Of a stretch of 60,439 bases of DNA, positions 20,501 through 28,300 are shown piece after piece. Within the stretch, counting starts at the first letter, position 1. Every line of letters starts with the position of its first letter. Made by a program: the position numbers and the translations under genes. The notes under the pieces were generated by a model that made no database searches, had not been told where the DNA came from, and worked only from the letters and a program-made list of their open reading frames with translations. The stretch comes from Euryarchaeota archaeon UBA121 (GTDB lineage: Archaea; Thermoplasmatota; Poseidoniia; Poseidoniales; Thalassarchaeaceae), in contig DANL01000060.1 of assembly GCA_002499865.1 (NCBI GenBank), forward strand, positions 1-60,439, written 5' to 3'.

Positions 20501-21734
20501 TGGCGTGATAGATGAATGCGTTCCCGCGGAGCTCACCCTCACTATAGACAATTCAAACAGCGCTCCCTTCATCAGTATCTCCGAACCCAAGGAGTCAGAC
20601 AGAATGTCTGTTTCCGAAGATTCAGTTTTCGAGGGAGTAGCCAGGGATAATGACAATGAGGTAACTAGGGTCGATATCGAAGTTCTCGATACAGCAAACG
20701 GAATGATTGAAGTTCACTCTGAATCGGTCATCGAGTTCGATTCAAATGGCGCATTCAGCTCAATATGGGATTCAAGATCACTAAGGCACAATTCCGAATA
20801 CCAGATTAGGATGAGATCATATGACGGATTTGACTATAGCGAATGGAAGTCAGTCAATATCATCGCAGACAATCCTCCAGATGCAGGAAATAGACAACCC
20901 GTTTTTGATCAGTCAGGATGGGTAGAATCAGTAACACTATACTGCGAAGAAAACTCACAATCAGCTGATAGATGTACTACTTTCGAAATCAATTTACTGG
21001 ATTTCTTCGCAGACCCAGATCCTAACCAGGAGCTCATCCTATCAGTTTATGATGACGAAGAAGTAGCCTCAGATGACGAATATCCAGTAGTGATATCAGT
21101 ATCTGCAGATGGTGTCGCCAGGTATAACCCAACATCGATGGCCTTCTTCGATCCAGAGATATCTGGATGGACAATTAATGATGTAGTATTTGTCGCATCA
21201 GACCAATTCGGGTCAAAGGCAAACTCAATACCAATGAGCATCGAAGTCATAGCAATAGATTTCGAGGTTGATGTACCTCAGGAAACAAGTATTTCAGAAG
21301 ATGAAACGGCTATCTTCTCTGGCATCGGCCTTCCGGGGAGAACTGTCACGGCTACAATTGGAGGTATTCCAGTAAACAATACTGTTGTTTCAGACGACTC
21401 AACATGGACTATGGGGATACCTGGATCTCGAATTTCTAGCTCTGCTACTCCTCAGTTCATGTATGGGGGTCTCGAATATGACGGTTCAAAGATCACTGTA
21501 AGCGACCCAGACTCATCTAATACCTCATTCTTGGTAATCATCGTGATTATTGTTATTCTAGGAATGGCAGGTTTTGCGTACTTCTTTATCGAATTTGAAG
21601 ACGACTCCGAGCCTGAGAATAACTACAACAAGAAAGAGAGGCCAGATGGGGGAGAAAGCAGGTTTGTCAAGGATGACGACCATCCGGGATGGCTTTGGGA
21701 TACAGAAAAGGAAGAATGGGTCGAAGAAAAGTAG
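17505..21734 (+). CDS. giant surface protein: parallel beta-helix (PbH1-like) repeats plus Ig-like domains and a C-terminal TM anchor
   Basis: Signal peptide; repeated NNTI/DNEL/GNEI beta-helix turns over about aa 280-560; Cys-flanked CSDGIDNDGDLLMDADDTDCD motif; TM FLVIIVIIVILGMAGFAYFFI with an acidic tail. GTG at 17505 or ATG at 17511. Confidence 0.75.
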   Translation: MAMARRDRLSSTILVMLMLTSVFIALVGPASPVAASNETTSGTITGTEYWQGNHVLTGDVVISSGAKLVIQPSTNVIFPNGTHLDARGSLCIGVSSCGASGNANSAQKITFSWEEPENSSAQGECNGISQGQFEITITDPSCYEGLIIRDSIDLSQSGIRHTTLDGAWGIPHFVDNQNGFKYAALVLDGASPTLTEMEFIDINSSSVLTTGLAQPEFIGGQYTVGNDDESGVDGPAVQIYSSGTPITPLIMSSPDLIGSDNGCGNNAGGKPTVWVEDAFIEIDDAEIGVGDYGISLRYSSGSVTNSEISVNCNGIDIYSLKSVGQIDYYNTITGNEIVTNDRTPITVYGGAHAFIRDNELSGAGSGSGIAVFSSYAEITNNDIGPIGGWNGLWMYGSFDVIAENNTIFDTNREAIIAGEYGSNAPAPSASRAFLANNTISSSGQGDCTSNIHFNGQFTCPAVMAYRSGLTMYDNEINSGGESDGIRSIGALLDIRRNTWNAAGSGAVIKHYDSGYAGDQQYGSLAFFSENTWNGVGTTYNITKSSVTVQSESIPSPPTGQFPVILSWPDQEAWPANGFQNGIIPTDVQECSNCDNLTPRNFPLALSMDNNSTVMTFAGLANLDRSSISIQTQPTPYAVQVRRAELVKFQALVNGERVPGASILIEDALGNDMYDIDTLSDGYTPWFALPSDFHLDFRGLGGGDNPDGFADDEFEDSCSDGIDNDGDLLMDADDTDCDYTAGTRELSLYRFTAYKFGFGLDSGQFTLDDSSYQGTANLLNLAPSVSVTQDQGHSFRKVVNITGNAHDGILASFYPSDEMAQWDQKGFVHSIEVRDPFTSGWSDAQLAIDSSGSQYGEVTSTNHPFKEWYYELDMSQMAEGDYVFQFRAFDGIDYSPISTITIKLNSQAPTVSVSSPSPFSTHSDDTVTFEGAAYDYYGCPSQCGKDITEIYFQIVGPNFQVVTPVSGGTAWSWTWDFSGQPRVVADYTFKIWASDSDFCNGVIDECVPAELTLTIDNSNSAPFISISEPKESDRMSVSEDSVFEGVARDNDNEVTRVDIEVLDTANGMIEVHSESVIEFDSNGAFSSIWDSRSLRHNSEYQIRMRSYDGFDYSEWKSVNIIADNPPDAGNRQPVFDQSGWVESVTLYCEENSQSADRCTTFEINLLDFFADPDPNQELILSVYDDEEVASDDEYPVVISVSADGVARYNPTSMAFFDPEISGWTINDVVFVASDQFGSKANSIPMSIEVIAIDFEVDVPQETSISEDETAIFSGIGLPGRTVTATIGGIPVNNTVVSDDSTWTMGIPGSRISSSATPQFMYGGLEYDGSKITVSDPDSSNTSFLVIIVIIVILGMAGFAYFFIEFEDDSEPENNYNKKERPDGGESRFVKDDDHPGWLWDTEKEEWVEEK

Positions 21735-21804
21735 CATTTCCCTTGAATAGCCCCTAAGCTTCCATCACGAACATTATTGAATAGAAGATGTTGCTAACAT
21801 AATT

Positions 21805-24333
21805 ATGCCAGTCACACCCGTGCCCAAGCCCGGAGTCCAAGAGAGGATACTTCTTCACCTCAGGGACTATGTGGACCATGCCGATAAAGTCGAAGTTCCC
21901 TTTGCACTTTCCCAGATGGGTATTGCAAATGCAGTTTCAATTGCCAGGTCCAATGTCCCAAGGGCCATTTCTGGCCTGAGGGAACAGGGTTATCTGATCG
22001 AGAAACAAGCACATGTCACCGGGGTTTCAAGGAAAAGGAAGGCATACTTCCTAACCGAAGAGGGAGCTAAGCTAGCCGATGATATCTGGTCCAAGGTCGG
22101 GATGCAAGTAGTCCGCGTGATTGGAAGGGATGGTAGAGCATCAAATATGGAGTTATCACAGGCTCTAGAGGGCACAGAATTGCCTCTCAGGCACGTTGAT
22201 GTTATTCGATATCTGGATGATTCTGGAACCATAGATCTTTCAGTTTTATCTGCCGACTTGATTGAAAGAGACTTATCAAAACATATTGAGAAGCAATTGG
22301 TAACCTCACTGAGCGACCTACCAAGGACTAGGAGATTTTACGGAAGAGAAATGGAACTAGAAAATATGGTTAATCTCCTGGAGCACCAGTCAGGGTCAAT
22401 ACTTGTTCCCGGGATAGCAGGCATAGGTAAAACCGCACTTTCCGCCAAGCTAATTGAGAGCTTTACACATAGAAGAAATCTTCTTTATCACAGATGTCAA
22501 GATTGGGAAGGGGCGAGGGCATTCTTAGAGGCTATTTCAGAATGGCTATCTGCAATGGGGAGCGATGACCTATCAGACTATCTTGCATCTACGCCCGTTC
22601 CTCAGCCCCAAATGGCAGTCAACTTAATCTCCGATGGACTAGAATCTTCACCATCTCTAATTGTAATAGATGACCTCCATAAGGTTGGAGATGAGACACT
22701 AATTTCGGTACTAAGGTCACTTTCATTGAAAATACCAGAGCTAGAGAATGTTGGACTGGTGATGTTCTCCCGATCATTCAGGATGGTAGTTCCAGAATCT
22801 GACTCTTCCGGGAGGATAGTAACTCTGGTAATGCCACTCGATGGGCTCGATCAGGAAGCTAGTAGGAAAATACTTACTACAATGCAGGATATTGAGATGC
22901 CTCAATTCCTGCATATTCATAGCTTATCTAGAGGTCACCCACTAGTACTCGAGCTGATAAATAGGGGTAGTGTAGGAGGTACATTCCACGAAACTCTAGA
23001 GGCATTCGTAGAGAAGGAAATTTTCAGTAGACTTTCCGGTGCTGAAAAGAGATTATTAGGGGCTATAGCGGTATTCAGAGAACCTATGCCCCTCGAAGCA
23101 ATATCTGCAATCGACATGGAAACAGATCTTTTGGACGATCTAGTGGAAAAAGGCCTGGCCAGACAAGCAGATAGCGAAAACTATGATGTTCACGATTTAG
23201 TCAGGGAATTCCTAACTAGATCAATGGAAGACTCACTAAAGCAATCGTTACATGCCAATGCGGTTGAATGGTACAGGACTAGGAAGGATGACCCATCAGA
23301 AAGTATAGAGCATATTCACCACCTTCATGAATCAGGAGATATTGAGGGCCTTGCTTCGGCATTATCCGAGGAAGGTCACAAGCTAGTCAAGGCCGGACAC
23401 ATCGAACTCCTCGGTATTCTCAGGGTCCTCGAGGCCAGGCTATTCGGACCTAGGACCAGATTTGTAATTCATGAACTCACGGGAGACATACTTTCTGTCC
23501 AAGGGAAGTGGGATGAGGCCGAGGGACAATACGACATGGCGCTTCCTATAGCCGTTAAACACAAACTAACCACCCCTCTCGCAAGGATTTACTCATCCAG
23601 GGCAGATTTAGCGGTTAAGAAGGGAGAAATGGATACTGCACTCTCCTTACACAAGAAAGCGTTGGAGATGCAAATAAAACTCAGAGATGCACAGGGCGCC
23701 GCAAGATCATACAACAATATGGGGTATATCTTCAGACGTCAACGAGATAACAAGAGAGCATTAGAAGTCTATGGAAATGTGGAAGAACTATTGAATTCCG
23801 AAGACTCATCAGACCTAACAGAGGCAAGAATCAGACTGGCTTCGGCTTTTCTTGAGATGGGTGAGATGGATAGGGCACGTGATCATGCCATGACGGCTCA
23901 CGATGAAACGGCGCAGAACAATCAAGAAAAGCTACATGCTAGGTCAAGGGCTGTTCTAGGTAGATACTATGCTAGGATAAAAGATAATGATTTGGCCATG
24001 CATCATTATTCCGGTGCTTTAGAAATATTATCGGATCAATCTGACCCTAGAAGCGCGGTGGAAGTAGAGATGCTACTCGGACAAGTCCTGAGTGATGCAG
24101 GAAGATCAGATGAAGCCGCACAGCACTATCTCGATGCTTTATCGATCGCAGAGGCAAACGACTTCAGGATGATGCAAGGAGAGATTCTCTCCAGACTGGG
24201 GGAAGTGGAGAGTAATAGATCACAGAGGATGGACTACCTACAGAGGTCCTTGGTAGTATTCAGAGAGCTTGGTGCGGTCGACAGGATGAGGGATGTTCAG
24301 AACTCTGTCCACAGGGTAGTAATGGGCCATTAA
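21805..24333 (+). CDS. wHTH - STAND/AAA_16-type P-loop NTPase - TPR signal-transduction regulator
   Basis: N-terminal winged-helix-like segment (ALSQMGIANAVSIARSNVPRAISGLREQGYLIE). Walker A GIAGIGKT (22411-22434), Walker B LIVIDDLH (about 22660-22680). C-terminal about 280 aa is TPR-like (A/L/Y/G periodicity). Confidence 0.75.
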   Translation: MPVTPVPKPGVQERILLHLRDYVDHADKVEVPFALSQMGIANAVSIARSNVPRAISGLREQGYLIEKQAHVTGVSRKRKAYFLTEEGAKLADDIWSKVGMQVVRVIGRDGRASNMELSQALEGTELPLRHVDVIRYLDDSGTIDLSVLSADLIERDLSKHIEKQLVTSLSDLPRTRRFYGREMELENMVNLLEHQSGSILVPGIAGIGKTALSAKLIESFTHRRNLLYHRCQDWEGARAFLEAISEWLSAMGSDDLSDYLASTPVPQPQMAVNLISDGLESSPSLIVIDDLHKVGDETLISVLRSLSLKIPELENVGLVMFSRSFRMVVPESDSSGRIVTLVMPLDGLDQEASRKILTTMQDIEMPQFLHIHSLSRGHPLVLELINRGSVGGTFHETLEAFVEKEIFSRLSGAEKRLLGAIAVFREPMPLEAISAIDMETDLLDDLVEKGLARQADSENYDVHDLVREFLTRSMEDSLKQSLHANAVEWYRTRKDDPSESIEHIHHLHESGDIEGLASALSEEGHKLVKAGHIELLGILRVLEARLFGPRTRFVIHELTGDILSVQGKWDEAEGQYDMALPIAVKHKLTTPLARIYSSRADLAVKKGEMDTALSLHKKALEMQIKLRDAQGAARSYNNMGYIFRRQRDNKRALEVYGNVEELLNSEDSSDLTEARIRLASAFLEMGEMDRARDHAMTAHDETAQNNQEKLHARSRAVLGRYYARIKDNDLAMHHYSGALEILSDQSDPRSAVEVEMLLGQVLSDAGRSDEAAQHYLDALSIAEANDFRMMQGEILSRLGEVESNRSQRMDYLQRSLVVFRELGAVDRMRDVQNSVHRVVMGH

Positions 24334-24334
24334 T

Positions 24335-25132
24335 TCAGGCCGAAATCTTCTCCGAATCAACTTGGCCTATCCAGTTGCTAAACTCTGGTCCGTCTTGTTT
24401 AGATATTGACAAGCTCCCCTTGAAATTATCACAAATCTCCATCAGAACCTCACTCTCTGCTATATGGGGAAGATTGTTACTCTCAGAAAGATGGCACAGC
24501 ACGATACTACTCAGCTCGGGATGCACAATCTCACTAAGTGCTGAAGCGGTCTGTGAATTGGAAAGATGCCCTCCTCTGCCAGATATCCTCCTTTTCAGAG
24601 AATCTGGATAGTTTCCCCTCATTAGACGGGCATGGTCGTAGTTGGACTCAATGGAAATATGGTCGCATTTCCTGAGGTGAGAAGACAACTCAGCGGTGAC
24701 CTCACCCAAATCAGTAACTATGGCCGCCCTTCCGCCTTTATCATCACAAGCTATTACTGCTACATTATCAGCATCATCATGAGGCACGGGAATAGTCAGC
24801 AAACTAATGTCAACACCAGCATCAATTCTTTCCAGCTCGGAGAATACCAAGAGGTCATCCGAGTCCCCCCATTGCATCCTTTTAGCAGTCTCTGCATTAC
24901 TGATTAGCCTCGCTCCCCACTTCTTTGCAGCTCTCTTGGCAGACTTAGAATGGTCAGAGTGATGATGAGTAACAAGTATGGAGTCTATATCTGTTGGATT
25001 CACTGATAGTTTATCTAATCTAGACTCTGTCTTCTTTAATGAAAACCCACAATCCACCAGAACATTAGATTCGCCTGTAGACAAGAGAACAGAATTCCCT
25101 CTGCTTCCACTTCCTAGGTGAGTAATCTTCAT
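24335..25132 (-). CDS. metallo-beta-lactamase fold hydrolase (PhnP/YycJ-like, COG1235-type)
   Basis: MKITHLGSGSRGNSVLL start and HxHxDH motif (VTHHHSDHS). ATG at 25132 preferred over the track's TTG at 25177. Confidence 0.8.
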   Translation of the reverse strand: MKITHLGSGSRGNSVLLSTGESNVLVDCGFSLKKTESRLDKLSVNPTDIDSILVTHHHSDHSKSAKRAAKKWGARLISNAETAKRMQWGDSDDLLVFSELERIDAGVDISLLTIPVPHDDADNVAVIACDDKGGRAAIVTDLGEVTAELSSHLRKCDHISIESNYDHARLMRGNYPDSLKRRISGRGGHLSNSQTASALSEIVHPELSSIVLCHLSESNNLPHIAESEVLMEICDNFKGSLSISKQDGPEFSNWIGQVDSEKISA

Positions 25133-25322
25133 CCCAGTGACTCCGAGCTTACGGGGATAACGACGACCTTTGAACAAATCCTATGATAATTATCCCTCAA
25201 GCTCATTTATTGATTAATCGGCCCTTTCGGAACCATATATTTTGAGTCAATGTCCGAACGACGCTCCATCACCATCATAAGTCAACCGAGGACGTTGAAG
25301 GCTACCTAGATGGGGCTTTAAC

Positions 25323-28300
25323 ATGAGGAGGAAGCAGACAGCGGCCTTTATGGTACTACTTTTGCTCAGTAGCCTCGCTTTCGTTTCTCAAACTAGGCCG
25401 CAGTCCCCGGTCGACTCTACAAATCCTACAGATGCGGAAGGAGGAGCTCCTCCAGCCACAGATGCAGACGAAGATAGAATCCCCGATCAGTATGAGGCGA
25501 TATATGGGGAGGACATAGTTATCGATACTCCCGAAGGGAGCTTTGAGGTACTTGGTTTGGATATGAACAATGGTACTGATAATATGTCTGATCATGATAG
25601 AGACGGAGCTGTAGCCCTGTTGGAGTACTGTTGGCCGTATACTCTCGACAAATGCTTTACTGACAGACTTTCCCTAACAGGCAAGCCTCCTGAATTGACA
25701 GAATCAGGAAATAGGGAATATCTGGACCCCACCTCGTCTGATACAGATGGAGACGGACTCCCAGATGGATATGAGATTCATATGTGCACTGAAGGGGGAC
25801 TGGGTTACCTCAATGCGACTAATGCATGGACCTGCCTCTGGTTCGATCCACTAGATCCATCTGATAGTACTGAAGATATTGACAGGTGTGATGATTTTAG
25901 TTTTGGCTGTGGAGACGGCTTTGATGTCAATAGAGACGGGCATATCGATGTTACCGAGAGATACTCAAACTCAGAAGAATACTCTTTCGGAACTCCTGAA
26001 AACTGGATTACAGAGAGAGACGGTCTTTGGTGTTCAGGGACAATTCCAGGAATGAGTGAAAATGCCTGTCAGGAATCAATTGTAAGGCCGACAGGGGACG
26101 ATGGGTGGCTAGGTACCGATCCTACACGCTCAGATTCTGACTACTACTCCTGGTCTGATCTATTGGCAACTGGACTTATCATTCCTGGTGATGGAATTCC
26201 AGATGGGTGGGAAGCACACTACGGACTTGATCCAAGAAACGCTAGTGATGCAATATTGGATTCTGATAACGATGGCTGGGATGCAGATAGGGACGGTTAC
26301 GTGATTCCAGATACTTCTACCGCTACTGCCGCATGGGGCGAGGCGTTCAGTAATTACGAAGAGTACATGGTTTACTATGACGAAGGATCTTGGGTAAAAC
26401 CAGGAATCAGAGGAACTGCAGTAACCAGTCATGATGGAACTGTACTAACTTTCGATCAATCTACACAGACCCAATTAGTTGATGCGGCAGTACACACGAT
26501 GATCAAAGATATTGAACAACAGAGAATAATTGTCGGTTCCAAATATGGAGTAACTACACTAGATCCATTTGGCGAAATATCCTCTCTTCACAATCTCCGA
26601 CCTGGTGTAGAGATGACCTCGATGGTCAGGTGGTCTCCCGGAGGCAACTCAGACTTCTTAGTTATTGGAACGAACCTTGGGATTCATTGCGTTTCAATGG
26701 AAAACGGCCTCCCGATAATGTCATCCCTTTCTGAATCTGAAATGGGTCACGTGGTATCGATGATAGAACTAGACACGGGTAGCGACAATCTGGATCTAAT
26801 GGTTTTCGGGCATCAGAAGGCATGGACCGTCAGCGTATCTGATGAAGGCTCAGGAGGGGATTGTTGGAGCGGAGGAAGATCCGTAAGTGTCGGACAAGAA
26901 ATCCTCAGCTCTCCAATGACAGAGGTCCTTTCCGACTCGGAGGTATCTGCCAATGATGCCATCCAAGTTCCAATACAAGGAAGGGGCCCTCTGCTGATGG
27001 TAGCCACTGATTCGGGACTGATCGCATGGAACACTACAGACGGAGTTACATCTGCAGGCGAACCATGGTGGGTCTTCGACATCGAAGACGCAGAGACATT
27101 CGTAAGAATGGCCGATCTACTAAACGAATCCAAATCCGCGGTCGTCAACGTATTGGAGCCAGCGGGACCAATTCTAGATAATGGGGATCTGGGAGAAGTT
27201 ACAGGAGTTTGGATGGGAACAGCAGGAGGGCTACACCTGATTGACCTATCTATTTTCATGCAGATGCCAAGATCCTCCATAAGTAACGATAGAATGTTCA
27301 ATTCAGATCGTTGGACCGAAGGTGCGAATGATATCAGATCAGTTTTGGCAATTGACGGAATGGTTGTTCTAGGTTCTAGGGACGGAACATGGTGTCTCGA
27401 AGGAGGACACACAGGCGTCTTGGGCCCCTACATCAATCAAACCAGAATGCCGGGACTAGTCACCAACCTAATTTCAATGGAAAACGAAGATGAAGATTGG
27501 ATTTTCTCAGGATCTTCACCTGGTAGATTCATGAATATCATGCCAATAGACCCATTATCGGACGACTCAGATTTTGATGGAATGCCCGACGGCTGGGAAT
27601 ATATTCACGGTTTAGATCCAACAGACCCCTTTGATAGGGAGAGGGATGCCGATGCTGATGGAGTCAGCTTCCCCTTGATTGATGGGACTATATTTATCCG
27701 TGAGTGGAGTAATTTGGAGGAGTTTAGATACGTAAACTCTTCACAATTCGGTACAAATGGAACTGATCCAAGAAATATTGACTCTGATGGAGATGGCCTT
27801 ACCGATGGAGAAGAGTACTGGGGTTGGTTTTTGGACTCAACATCATTTTCATGCCATTATCTGAATGATGACTATGTTTGTGACGACTCATCATCACAAT
27901 CGGAGACCGTGCATCTCGAAGGATGGCTCGGCTCAGGCGCAGGAGGAGGTACAGACGGCCCAACAGACCCCACCAATCCAGATACCGATGGAGACGGAAT
28001 GCCCGATGGATGGGAGATCGAGAATAGGAGATGGATTGGAGACATATACACTGGAGGAAATCTTTGGACACTAGATCCAAGAGATCCAAACGATGCAGAA
28101 GAAGATGCTGATGGAGACGGACTGTCGAATCTATGTGAGTACAAGTGGGGAGAGATAATTGACGATGTCATTAGAGAAGGCCTGCCCTCCCACGGAGAGT
28201 CAAATGAGTCGGCACTGTCGTGGGTGTCAACAGATCCGAACAATGTAGACTCTGATGGGGATACTCTTCCTGATGGCTGGGAGGCGAGATATACTTGCTC

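Noticed and set aside
21743-21784. The 8-mer TTGAATAG occurs twice upstream of the STAND regulator gene (21743-21750, 21777-21784) and once upstream of the pirin gene (1780-1787). GAATAG also lies 3 nt before the ATG at 31092.
   Set aside because: The distance to the start codon is inconsistent (9, 21, 55 and 3 nt). A rough estimate gives a sizeable chance (order 0.3, higher with A/T bias) that some 8-mer recurs three times in about 2 kb of intergenic DNA. It is worth a genome-wide motif scan but is not evidence on its own.
21805-25132. The STAND-TPR protein plus the adjacent MBL-fold hydrolase as an Avs-like antiviral defence pair
   Set aside because: The STAND protein's N-terminal domain looks like a DNA-binding wHTH, not a nuclease or protease effector. 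The MBL gene is convergent, so it is not in the same operon, and it resembles the widespread PhnP/YycJ housekeeping family. No other defence genes are nearby. A regulatory role is more parsimonious, though not proven.
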